NCBI RefSeq assembly: GCF_009914755.1
Contig: NC_060937.1
Length of the DNA stretch: 64,000 nucleotides
Direction: 5' to 3' (one strand)
Source: the human T2T-CHM13v2.0 reference genome, Homo sapiens
The first letter of the stretch is position 1. Every line of letters starts with the position of its first letter. The translations under genes and the position numbers were made by a program. This document shows, in pieces, positions 13,806 through 27,665 of this stretch. The notes below the pieces were generated by a model that searched no databases, was not told the DNA's origin, and saw only the letters and a program-made list of their open reading frames with translations.

Positions 13806-14364
13806 CTATAAAACATAATATGATACTACTATAGTGATGATCAATCCATCTCCTGGAATAAAATATCTACATAATGGTTTAGTTATCCTGTATTGATTTT
13901 GTGTGTGTGTTTTGCTTCATGTCTATCAAGTTGACTGGGACCTATCAGTGACACTTGCATAAGATGATGATATAAACCCAGACATGATAAAACACTCCCT
14001 TCGGGAAAAGGGACAGGGACTCTAAAATTACAGCTGGCTCCTGAGGGGACGGCCCACCAGTCCTACCTGCCTCGAGAAAGAGCCAGCTCACTCCTATCTG
14101 CCCTTGCAATGAGGGAGAGTGGTGGCTGGTCATCGAGCAATTCACTAGACTGGCAAACAGAACAGAAAACAGTACTAGACTGGGAAGCAGCATCTTTATA
14201 CGCATTCTCTCCCCACCTTCACAATCCTAGAGGTAATCACTACCCCACTCTATGCAGGAAGAAACTTGTGGCCAACAGAAGATAACCTGGGCAAGATGAC
14301 GTGACCATTACAGGAGAAGCCCAAACCGGAACCCTGGGCTGCCTCGCTTCAAAGCTCAATGTGT

Positions 14365-14977
14365 GATGCCTACTCAGCAGCCACGCTGCCACAGCACACT
14401 CCTCCCCACCAGCCACGCTCCTCCCCACCAGCCACGCTCTTCCCCATCAGCCATGCTCCTACTCAGCAGCCACACTGCCACAGCACACTCCTCCCCACCA
14501 GCCACGCTCCTCCCCACCAGCCACGCTCTTCCCCATCAGCCATGCTCCTACTCAGCAGCCACGCTGCCACAGCACACTCCTCCCCACCAGCCATGCTCCT
14601 ACTCACCAGCCACACTGCCACACTACTCGCCTACTCACCAGCCACACATTCTTACCCACCACCCACACTCCTCCTCACTAGCCACATTCCCAACCACCGG
14701 CCATGCTCCTACTCCCAGCCACGTTCTTACCCACCAGCCATGCTCCTCCCCACCAGCCACACTGCCACACCACATGCCTAATCACCAGCCATGTTCTTAC
14801 CCACTAGCCACACTGCCACACCAAGTGCCTACTCACCAGCCACATTCTTACCCACCGGCCACGTTCCTGCCCACCAGCCACACTACAGCACCACACTCCT
14901 CCCCACCAGCCATGCTCTTCTCCATCAGTCACGCTCCTACTCACCAGCCACCCTCCTACCCACCAGCCACACTGCCA
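14365..14977. repeat. Compound C-rich tandem repeat (~19-bp CCACCAGCCACGCTCCTCC subunits, 89-bp higher-order unit)
   Basis: 89-bp blocks start at 14371, 14460 and 14549, then decay into diverged subunits. Confidence 0.9.
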
Positions 14978-15706
14978 TAAGTCCTGTGCTACGCTGAGCT
15001 TATAGTACACAGTTGTTCTGTGATTCAATAATTTTTGGAGATTTCATTGGCAGTAATTACTGCCCAATAATCAACCTATGGACAAGACCACATGCTGCTT
15101 AGCCACAAAGAAGGGCTGGACAGTGGAGATGCCACGGCTCCTATTAGCTGCCCCCTGTCAGGCTCCAACAGGAGGAGAAGCAGCAGCAGCTCCCTCCCAA
15201 CCATGCGCTGTGCCATCGGCAGTGCCCACCCAGGGCTGTCCAGACAGCCAAAGCCAGGATTCCCATCTCCAGCTTCGGCAGTGTTCCCAAATCCTGCCTC
15301 ACCGTGCTGCCTGGGGAATCACGCAGCTGGGAGTGTCCCCTGTTGGCAGGCCCCGTCCCAGCAGGGCCCCTCCTCAACCTTCTGGAGGAGGCAGCAGCAG
15401 CTGGGCAGGGCCCCCTTCGAGCGTTTGGAATCGGGCAATGCCAGCTCCCCATGGCCAGCTCTGTCTCACCATTTTCTCTGTATTTTACAGTCCTCCAGCA
15501 GTTCCTGAGCCAACCTGCTGTATTCAGTGTCCTCATCAGCACCTACTGTGGTTTCTACTGTCTTGAGTGGACCCTGAAAGTTGACTCTCAAAGCTGCTTT
15601 ACTTGGAAAGAGCCTTAGAAGGAGCTATTTCACAGTAAGATTTCAACTAGAGTAAGCGTTTCCCAAAGTGCGCAGCATCCCAGCATCCTAGGAACCATGA
15701 ACGCAC

Positions 15707-15832
15707 CTGCCCGACGAGTCCGAATGAGCGGTCCAGGCTCCTCTGGTCCGTGTATCTTCTGATTTTATTATGCAACCATCCCAACTCAGAAAGCCTGACT
15801 GCTGTGTCTCTCAAAGACCTACTTAGATTTGC
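15707..15832 (-). CDS. TUBGCP3: TUBGCP3 exon 8 ([21 protein letters not shown]...FGLVGQ)
   Basis: Acceptor TTTTAG/, donor CAG/GTGCGT; 126 nt. Confidence 0.95.
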
Positions 15833-16536
15833 CTAAAAAGTAAATACATCAAATGTTAAACATTAAAAAGCAATACTAGAGCTTTAATTAGTATTTTTCT
15901 CAAGCACTTCTACTTTTAATACTATAATCCTTAGGCTTCAAGACATAAAAGTTAAAACTAAGATCCCATCACTAAAGGGAAGGAAAGCACATTAAGTGAC
16001 AGCATGATGGAAAGCACCTCAAAGGGCATGGTGAGCTCATTTCACACCACCCTGCAGTTGGCCTGCGGTGTGGCAGAGAAGGTCTGTGATCTCAGCCACG
16101 CTGTGAAAGGGCTAAGAGCCACAGTGTGACCCACACCACAAGAAATGGGCATGGTAAAGGCAGATTATGGAAAAAGGAAACAAAAGTGGGTGAAGACCCC
16201 TGACCTGGAATCCTGCATCAATGCCGAAGGTGCCAAGGGACCTCTGTCCCCTGGGTGCCTCAGCCATCACACAGCAGGATGCAGAAATCAGCTATGGGGC
16301 AGCCCCATCAGTAGACGTGAGGAAAGGAGGCACACATTAATCACAAAGGGTCCCCATAACAAAACTGAACGAGCCACAATGGACAGAAATAGAAACCAGA
16401 ATTCCACAGTGCAATTTCACCTCACAACCGATTCGCAAAACCCCAGTACCACCTTATCAATCAACAGCCACTATCTGGACTTCATGACATGTTTTTTCTT
16501 TCTGAATATTTTAACTTAGATTTTATGTTACTGTAC

Positions 16537-16655
16537 CTTTCCTTCTACTTTGTAACAATTTTCAGTGTTGTTCATTTTGATGTTTTTGCCATCTATGCCC
16601 TGAAAGACGTACAAAATGTCCCTTACCAGAGCTGCTTCTGTAATTTCCATAGTAC
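16537..16655 (-). CDS. TUBGCP3: TUBGCP3 exon 7 ([24 protein letters not shown]...KVEGK; start of GRIP1)
   Basis: Acceptor TTGCAG/, donor AAG/GTACAG; 119 nt. Confidence 0.95.
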
Positions 16656-17701
16656 CTGCAAAATCATTTTTTAAAGACAGTAATTACTAGACAATATTTT
16701 AACAGACAATAGATATTATGGTGCAATTAGCTTCAGATTAGATATTTGCCACCCCGATGAAATTTACTAACTCAATAAATAAGCTCAAGATGAAAAAGAG
16801 TATGAGATTAGAAAGAAACAAGGCGAGTCTCAGTCTAGAGGTTGGCCTGCTGTGCCATGAACGCACAGCTGTCAAACACGACATGAGTCTGCAGCTGTGG
16901 ACAGAGGCTGGACGCGGGAGCCACACACAGGGACAGGCGGAGTGGGGCAGATGGTGGAGACTACTGCGGGGGCTAATACTGTGCCAGGATGTCCTCCAGC
17001 TCTCAGATGCTCCTCACCTTTGCATTCTACGCAAGGACAGGTACAGGTAACATCCAGAGCCATTTCGGAATCAGCAGATTACGAGCCAACAGGGAAACCC
17101 AATCCTCTGTTTTCAGGACACTCATGTTTCAAATGCTGCTAACTGTAGTGTTCTCAATAAAGAAACTCAAGCTTCCTTTTGGAATCTAGCAGGGCTTTAA
17201 AACCCTCCATGAGGTATTCATCTCACCATTCAGTAATTCCTCAATGACTCTCTTCGACGTGCCAGGCACTGTGCTGAGCACTGGCACCATAAATGAAAAG
17301 ACATAGCCCCTCTGTGGCCTTAAGACTTTGGTAGAAGAAGGTGACTTTTACTGGGGGCCTAACCCAGCCTTAAAGACTTTCCCAGGGAAACGGCAGGATG
17401 AAAACAGACAGGGAGAATGTGATGAGGAACAGCAAAGACGAGAGATGTGGAGGGAGGAGGCCACATGGAAAAGCAGCCAAAAAGCAGACTGTGCTGGGAG
17501 GAAAAAGCCCAGGTGGCCTGGGGTGAAAAGCCAAACTCCCCAAGGCGCCGCAGACCACCAGGGACTCTGGACTTCATCATAAGAACAAGAAGAAACCACT
17601 AAAAGGTTTGAGGTGGGGCTCCTGGGCCGTACTTTAAAATAAGGAGAGGCTGAATTCCAAGTGTTCACAGAAAAGCTGTATTAACATAGATCCTTACTCA
17701 C

Positions 17702-17874
17702 CACCCGTATCCCCTTCTCTCCTGGACCTTGTCATGTTGCGAGACACAGCACTGGGGACACCTTTTGAGGTAGTGGCTTGTGAAGAAGGCTGATTTGCAG
17801 TTAAAGTCCATGCGAGTCGTGACCCCAACTGCTGTCGAAGGCAATCTCCTACTCCTGGAGCTTGATTAGACTGT
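17702..17874 (-). CDS. TUBGCP3: TUBGCP3 exon 6 ([17 protein letters not shown]...RREGDTG)
   Basis: Acceptor TTTTAG/, donor GTG/GTGAGT; 173 nt. Confidence 0.94.
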
Positions 17875-19845
17875 CTAAAAAAAGAAACATGTATTATCTT
17901 CTAATAGGCTATTCGCTGAAGAGACAAAAGTGTCCCTAGAAATTTCTCTTGTATTACTATCGTGAATTACATAAATTTATAAATCTGGTATAGCTGATAC
18001 CATGACTTTACCCTAACCGAATATATCAATAACAGACAGTCCCAAGTCCCTTGAACTTGGTCAAGCCTCCTTGCGACCCTTGGCCTAGCATTCGGACCCA
18101 ACACAGCAGTGGAAAAATCATCTTACTGCTACCTTACAATATATATTTCTTACCATTAATATCAAAATCTATTTGGCTTTTCTTTATAAACATATAACAT
18201 ACCTTACCCACCCCATAACCACTTTGAAATTCTCTACTTATTTTAACTTCAAAATCCACAACTCTCGTTCACTCCCCATGTACTGAGCAGAGGAATCGAG
18301 TCACTGTGACACTGCCCCAGGCGCCTGGCCTCACCTGTCTTCAGCCTTCAGAGTGCTCACTATGAAAAGAAACTGCAATTTTCAATTAACTGCTAAAGTA
18401 TACAAACGTATAAAATCTAAGGCAAATGCATATTCAAGGTCAAGATGGCTTGTCAGCAATTTTGAGACTATGTCAAAGTTGTTTTTTGAAAAATGTAAGA
18501 ACCTCATAGCTGATTTCTAATAGCGTCAGTTTTGACAGGTGCAACAAAAATATCACTTCTTGGGACTACAAAACACAAAAATGAGAACCTCAGCTGCTCT
18601 ACAGTTTCCAGGTGCCAGAGCTTGGATTTAGTACTCGTGCAATACTGGGGGGGTTTATCCATAATCCACTCGTGAAGTAAGGAGAACAGGAAAGAACTGA
18701 AACAGTTCTTATTTTATTCCATTTTCATCAGGAGAGAAGTCAACAACATTCACTAAAACTATGTCTCTGGGCATAGTTCTAAATTTAAGAGGATGATTCT
18801 AAAAGACTTTCAGTTCAAAGTTCTCTATACAGATTTTTAATAGGATAATAATTCAAATTCTGAGGTATAAATGAGAATGTCAATTGATTCTTTTAGCTGG
18901 AACTTAAATTCTAGATTAAATGTGTCAAGTTCTGTTTTTAAATGCTTTGCGTTTTCTTCATAGAACACTAGACCCCATTGGTAATCCATATGTATAGAAC
19001 ACACATTCTGTTTTCGAGTATCTTGAACATAATTGAATAAATCACAAGATTATTTATAATTCTATTACACTCACATGGAAAACACCATTTATTTGATGCT
19101 AAATCCTTGGTCACTGTTTTTCTGGAAAAATATCTACTTTATGATAATCCACTTTAATGCGATTTCCGGGAACCAACTATGGCAAAAAGCAAAGCCACCC
19201 GTTTATCTACATATAGGAAGAATGTGTAATTAAAAACAAAGAAAAACAAAGTTCCATCCATGAATGACAATGGCGCCTGCTTGATTCTCAGCTGTAAATC
19301 CTGTATTTCTTGAAAACATGCTTGGACCACATACATAAAACCTTCGTTGTGCATTCCTGCATTTCATCATCTTAATTCATATGCACTAAAATGTCACGAT
19401 CCTTAAAGACCTCAGCACTCAAGGAAAGTTCAACCTTATTTTATTTTACTTAACAATTTACTAAAGAATCCAATGAGGAGAAAAACATACATCAATGAAG
19501 AGGCCACTATTCCCTAAGGAAAAATCTGAGCACACAGTCAGAGAGCCTCCAGATGAAGGGCTTTGCACAGGGTACTTCAAGCTCCTTCGTGATGGGCACT
19601 TCAGTGACAGGTGAGAGCTGGCCAGAGCTTGTGGATTACAAAGTGGAAGGAACTCCTGCTGTAGCATAGCTCTGAAGAGGAGTAACGCTCAGAGATGGAG
19701 TGCATCGGACACAGTGCCCAGAACACTGTCTGGCACGTATGAGGCCCCACTGATACTGTGGGTGAACATCAATGTCTGGTTAACAGCCTGCAGGCGTCTC
19801 TGTTTCTAACACATAGAGAATCTATACACGTCAGTGTGGCCTTAC

Positions 19846-20063
19846 CCTGGGAGGAGAGATTGTGGCGCAGGCGCGGGGCCACTGAGGGCACACAGGCCAA
19901 TGCTGCTGATGCCACTGCTGCCCACGCTGCCGGAGCTCTGGGCTGACTGGGCACTCCGATCTTGGTAGCTCAGGGGAAGGGTCTGAGGCCTGGCATAGTA
20001 GTAAGGGGTTGAGTGGGCATCTCTTGGTAAGGCCTGAGCAAATAACGTAGCATAGCTAGAAAC
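19846..20063 (-). CDS. TUBGCP3: TUBGCP3 exon 5 ([15 protein letters not shown]...APQSLLPG)
   Basis: Acceptor TTTTCAG/, donor AGG/GTAAGG; 218 nt; overlaps ORF 19842..20135. Confidence 0.95.
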
Positions 20064-20966
20064 CTGAAAAGAGAAACACACTAAGAGCAGAGACAGGAAA
20101 TTACAGAACAGTCTTCCCAAACCTAAAAAGGTCATTTATATTCAGATTTTCCTTCTATTTCTGTAACTGGATTTGGGTTCCATACTTTATTAAACAATAA
20201 ATTAGATGTTATGCTTTTGAAATATGCCTAAACTGATAAAGTTTTAGAAAATTTTCTGAACTCCAACAACCACTACATCATCTGATAACTAAACACTCAC
20301 TCTGATCCAAGCAAACTGAAACTTGAATAATTTTTTAAAGTTAGGCATTATTAAAGAATGATTGCCCTCTATATATTCATATCTATATGGTTTACATGTA
20401 TATTAATATATAATGATTGCTCAGACGAAGCCTTTAGCAATAGACAGAACTCTTTCACCCACACGCTTCAACCTCTTTGCACTCCCACGTCTCTGATGAG
20501 TACTTTATTATACCAGACTCTGGGGCACAGAGCACTGGAATCACTCTGACATACTGCAGGGGACAGACACTGAGCCCGGTGATGACAGGGTTTCACTGGC
20601 ACAAAAGTAAAGAATGCTCATAACTGAGAGCATGAAAAACTCCTAAAGGGTCTTCTAGTTCATAAAGAATTACCTATCAGTGCTGATATTAGTAACTTCA
20701 CAAAGTAAACATTTTGAAAACTAACCATTTATTCTCTATTTAATCACCCATTGTTATGTCTGAATAACAAAATTCTGAAAAACATTATCAGGAAACCACA
20801 CTGACTAAAAATGTCCTTAAAAAGAAAAAGGAAATCTCTTGACCTTCCATGACAGACAAGCTTGTTGCTTTCCTAGCATTATTTTCTTAGCTGCAGAAGC
20901 CGTTTCCTATCAAAGTCAGCCAGGGTGTCCCGACGTACACGACGCTGCAAAGGCAAAGCCACTTAC

Positions 20967-21044
20967 CTTGCTTGGCTGCCTGCGTGGGTCCTCACTGAGG
21001 CTCAGCAAGAGGTAGAGTATTGACCATTTATTTTTCAAAACTCC
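20967..21044 (-). CDS. TUBGCP3: TUBGCP3 exon 4 ([26 protein letters not shown])
   Basis: Acceptor AAACAG/, donor AAG/GTAAGT; 78 nt. Confidence 0.95.
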
Positions 21045-21484
21045 CTGTTTGGAAAAAAGTTAATATTAAAAGAACGATTTTATACTACTCTCCAGCCTTA
21101 TTTTCCTCTTTCCTGAACTATATTTCCAAACTAGAAATGCATTTTAAAATTCACATAGTAACGTCAAATCTAACAATTCATAAGTATTTTCAACAGTGCC
21201 ACCCATCCGAAGGCGGAAGCAAATGTCCTCATGCAACCAACAACCTTGGATCTTTCCTTCCCTTATTAACTAGCTCTAAAGTCCCCAAGAAGAAAAGTTT
21301 TTTTAAGTTACCCTATTCCTGAATAACAGTATCGTCTCCCCTGAAATAATTCTTATAACATCCCCAAAACCGTAATTATGAGACAAAGCCATCATAAAAA
21401 TATGTGAATTATTTTTTCCTTTATCAACATCCCATTTAAGCCACAAGCACAAGTTAGTCTCAGCATCATGTGTACCTAAAGTCA

Positions 21485-22162
<678 letters not shown>

Positions 22163-23689
22163 TCATTAATTTCCAATTGTGTATCACACCAGTCTGATTC
22201 GCAAACATAACAGCAGCCAAACCTCAGTATACTCTATTCAGACAGCCTTACCTTTTGCATGCACATGTAAGTACCTTTATTTACATAACAAATTATGGGA
22301 TGATTGCTTATATTATGTAAACTCTCCATTATATAAAACATTCTCTGGAAGTTTCTTTTAAAAGTAAGCTCATCCCAGGTATTTAAATTACGAACTTTAA
22401 AAAATTGGTTGACATAGGCTTTTTCAGAAACTCAACTAATCCCCAGCCAGGGCCATGAGGATAAGAAACAGACCCAGCCCTGATGGAGTGTGTCTCATCA
22501 CAGGCAACAGACAAGTGGGCAGATGCAACGTGACAAATGGCACTTCACAGCTCACAAAAGGGCTTCTGGAGGAGACTCGAGTCTCCTAGAAAGATGGACC
22601 GTGTAGAGGGAGGGACAGGAACAGTGAACACAGCAACCTGGCAAAGGCCAGGAGTCAGGAGGGAAGCTGACATCGGAATGAGGCCTCCACGCTGCACCAA
22701 GAAACTTGGATTTGGAGGTAAAGACAACAGCAGGAAGCCTGCGAAGGACGTCCTAGGCAGAGGCACCATCACTGCACAAGTGACGAACATGCTGGAGGGG
22801 ACAACATGAGAGGAAGACCGCTGTTATCTGGAGGGAGATGCAAGCAGCTGAATGCAATGCAGTGAGCCGAGTGTGTGCTCAGGCATGTGTCCCCGGTGAG
22901 TCCCTGCAAGCCAGCAACAGGGGCCCGTGAGGCTCAGGCACTCAGGCCCAGGACCAAGGAGTCAAGCTGCTGCCAACCTTTAGCTCTTTCCACACATTAA
23001 ATCCTGTCATCGTCACAACCACACTATGACAGGGCTTATTCTCTTCATGCCATAAATGAGAGAACAAAGGACAGCAAATCTGAATAACTCACCCAAATCA
23101 CAGAGCTACATGCAGGGTTCAAACCCAGGTCTGCCCGACTCCAAAACGGACAAACAAGAGATATAGCTGGGGAGTCAAGATGACACTCAGGTTCTCATGG
23201 GGGGCAAGATCAATGGTGCTGTCATTCACCAAAAGAGAGAAGACAGAAGAAAGAGCAGGCAGCGTGCGGGTGGATGCAAATGGTCGCCCAGAGGGGTGGA
23301 ACAAGACGCAACACTTCCTTCAGCTCAGAGGATGCCAAGTTGTAAGTCCCTGTGGGAGTTTCCAGGAAGTCTCTGAGTGAAATGACCGGTAGGTGAAGGG
23401 AAAGACGGCAGGAAATGTTCTACCTTTGCACTAAGAAACCGCTAGGTTAAAAATCTCAGATTATATTTTAGCAAAGATGTATCTGAGGGTGAAGGGTGGA
23501 GAAATTTCAAAAATGAACAAAATTATGCACCAAAAACTTAGCAAGTGACATAAAGGAGGAGGCAGCATTTTTTAACTATAAAAAGAGCAAGTATAAAACA
23601 CCCAGGATCTCTTCAGTCTGCTGAAAACCATTTGATACGAAGGTGTGGACGGAAACAGGGAAACCACAGGAGACAGTGAGGCAGTCTGG

Positions 23690-24024
23690 AAACACCACCA
23701 GCAACACTACCAGCCAGGAGCAACTATGGGAATACCACCAGCCAGGACCCACTAGGGAACACCACCAGCCAGGACCCACTAGGGAACACCACCAGCCAGG
23801 ACCCAATAGGGAACACCACCAGCCAGGACCCACTAGGGAACACCACCAGCCAGGACCCACTAGGGAACACCACCAGCCAGGACCCACTAGGGACCACCAC
23901 CAGCCAGGGCCTACTAGGGAATACCACCAGCCAAGACCTACTAGGGAACACCACCAGCCAGGACCTACTAGGGAACACCACCAGCCAGGGGCCACTAGGG
24001 GAACACCACCAGCCAGAAGCCACT
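23690..24024. repeat. Minisatellite, 27-bp unit GGAACACCACCAGCCAGGACCCACTAG, about 11-12 copies
   Basis: 27-bp period visible as EHHQPGPTR repeats in ORF 23643..24026. Confidence 0.96.
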
Positions 24025-25255
24025 AATGACCCTGAGACCAGAGAGATCAGGCTGGAGACAGCAGCTGCAGGGTCCAGGAGGGCCCAACACAGGGCAGGGA
24101 CTGCCCTCAGGAGCTGTGGGCACAGCTACGCCACTGACAAACAGCTGCCCAGCAGCAGGGGAGATGAGTTTAGTGTCACCCCTCTCCCAACTCCAGACTC
24201 ACCCTGGAGCTTAAGCCAGCTCCAGCTGAAGCCAACCGGGAGACACACAGCGAGAGGCCAGGAGTATAATCTGCCAGGCCTGGAGAGCACAGAGTGGGCA
24301 GGAGTGGGTAGAGGAGAGATCTGGCGGAGAAAACCAGATCATTCCCACCACTCTGGCAGTACAGATGCTTTTAACCACCCGAAATCACTTCAGACCTGCC
24401 ACCTCAGACTCTGAACTACAGGACCGCAAGTTCAGATACAAAACTTTTAAAACTGTGCACAAACTGAATTGTACGTGAAGAAAGTCTTATCGGGACATGG
24501 TAAGATCTAGAGGAACACCAAATAAACATCTTCGCAAAGCAGCTGTTTAGTGCCCAGCACAAGAGCTGATCTCAGCTTTCCCGGCACTGCCACACCAGAA
24601 CACCCGTCATCAACAGGGCACCACCTACCATGCCGCCACAGCACCTGCACGCTGTTCCCTGCCCTCGAGGCCAGAGTCCTGCCCGGGCAGTGCAGATGCA
24701 CAATGTTCTAGTTCTACTCCCCTCATAAGCCACCCTCCCCCTTCGGACTTTCCTGCTCAGCCATGCTTCAAACCCAGCTCAGGAACAGCACAGCACTCTA
24801 CTCCCGTCTCCACGTCAACCTGGACCCTCCTTCCACTCCGGACTCCTTCCTCTAGGTCTACCAACAACAAGAGCAAACATTCGACTGCACCTTTGACCTT
24901 TCGTCCCCATGGTCTGCACAGCACACCCACATACGGGGCCCTAACTAAGACAAGATAAAAAATTAGGATCAACAACCTTCACACTTCTGCGGAGCCACTT
25001 TTAGCAAAATGATGGAATGGCTACTAACCTGAATCTCCTATTCTACTTGGTTTAATCGTTGGTCTTATACTATTATTTCCTAGTATTTTTCATCATGTTT
25101 CAGTCATGCAATGAAAAAGCCAAGCAAGTCAGTTTTGGGGACGAGCCCTAGGGAGCGGGCCACTATTTAAGACATTGATATTTAGGAATAAACATTCAGA
25201 GCTCCAAACAAAATTTTGGAAAACAACCATTTTAAGTCACAAAGTGTCTAAATAG

Positions 25256-25569
<314 letters not shown>

Positions 25570-26211
25570 CTAAATATGTTTTCATCCAATGGCTAATATT
25601 AACAAATACAACAGCTTTTACTAGATGAAATCTCCCTTTGGGCATCTTGGTAAGGCTAAGAATCTGGAGAAATATGGTATCCAATAAGCAAATCTTTTTA
25701 ACATACAGTGTGTAGAAAATGGTTTTAAAAATGGAGAAAGATTTAAGAAAAGCAAATGATACAGCAGTTTGAAATAATTTGCCTGGAAATGAATGGACAA
25801 AAAAGGTTCCTATTTCTTACTCTGTAAACATTACAAAGATAATATCGCAAATATTATGGAAAAAAGCATGCTTAAAACAGTGAATCCAAGTCAAACAATT
25901 AAGGAATCAAAATGGGCAGCAAATGAACTAAGCTTGTTTCCAGAGCACAATATAACAACAGAGGAAGACTCAAAATAAAAGAGTTTAATTACTAGCAGCA
26001 TTAGGCCTGACTCAATCATTTTCACTGTGTAACACTAACAGTATTTGTTGCACAAAGCACTAAACCTCTCTAGATTCACTTTCTTCTCCATAAAAGGAAA
26101 GAAAGCGGGATGAACTAAGTTCCTTTATAGTCAGAAATCAGAAAAATCTCACCCTATGATTCAATTAATGTATTGGTATACAGGCTGCCAAAATCTTTTA
26201 TCAAAATACAA

Positions 26212-26342
26212 GGCTGGGCTTGGTGGCATGCACCTGTAGTCCCAGCTACTTGGGAGGCCCAGGCAGGAGGATTGCTTGAGCCCAGGAGTTTGAGACCAGC
26301 CTGGGGAACACAGCGAAGCTGCGTCTCAAAAGAAAAAAAAAA
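26212..26342 (+). mobile_element. Alu monomer (FLAM)
   Basis: Single ~130-bp arm followed by an A-rich tail. Confidence 0.8.
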
Positions 26343-26788
26343 GGTTAGAAAAATCATTCATTTTCAAGTATCAATATCCAACCACATTCAAAATCAATTT
26401 TTTCGTTATTCACTATGGCAGTACAAATTATGACCCAATGAATAAAGTTTATCAGTCAGATAAAGTTTAGCTATTATATGAAGATAAGACTTCTACCAAT
26501 GTGCTTCCTCCCAGCAGTGTAGTTAAGCGACTACAATAAAAACTCACAAATTCTGTTGACTTTCCCAGTGCAGCTTCATTCATCTTTATAAGCAATTTAG
26601 CATTAAATCCAGCTAAAACTTCTAATACTGAAGCTCACACAAAAAAAGCAAATGCTATCTATAATTAAAAGCAATTACCAATTATAGAAAAGTTTAATAT
26701 GATACCACAAAAAACATTCAAAGGTTCCTATACCACTCATCATATCCTCAACAATGAGTGCAATGACCTCCAGAATTCTGCACTGTAC

Positions 26789-26856
26789 CTGTGAATGAAG
26801 TTTTCTGTGGAGTTCTGAAAATAATGCAGCATCTGCTTCTCTTCGTTGTCGAATAA
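26789..26856 (-). CDS. TUBGCP3: TUBGCP3 exon 3 ([23 protein letters not shown])
   Basis: Acceptor TTTTCAG/, donor CAG/GTACAG; 68 nt; overlaps ORF 26675..26908. Confidence 0.95.
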
Positions 26857-27330
26857 CTGAAAAGACAGAAAAAAAATAAGTGTGGTAATTACAAACACCA
26901 AAATTCATTCTTATGATACTATTTCACCTACAACACCATAACTCGCAAGTGATGAATTCAGAGTCAAAAGTCACTGTCAAATTAGATGATGAGCAACTTT
27001 TAAGCTCTATGAATCTGATCAATTCATCTAACCTCCCTGACATTTGTAAAGTACGGAAAATATTAGGCTGGGATCAAAGAGTTTATGTGAAAATTAGGTA
27101 AAGTAATAGAAATAATGGGATTACTTACAGTCCATCTACAAATATTAATAAACAGTAAGGCAAACTATGATCACTGTAACCAGTTAACAGTGGTCACCTG
27201 GAGGTAGGGATGGAAAGTGAAAATATTAGGAATCCTGAATCCAAGGGCAGTAAGTTAAGTACAATATTCATGGTCATTCATTCCACTTGGAAACTACATA
27301 TCCTAAACATTTTTGTTAAGATACACAGCA

Positions 27331-27665
<335 letters not shown>

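Noticed and set aside
14359-14980. Pro/His-rich ORFs of 140-205 aa
   Set aside because: Artefacts of a C-rich tandem repeat lacking stops; no splice or start support
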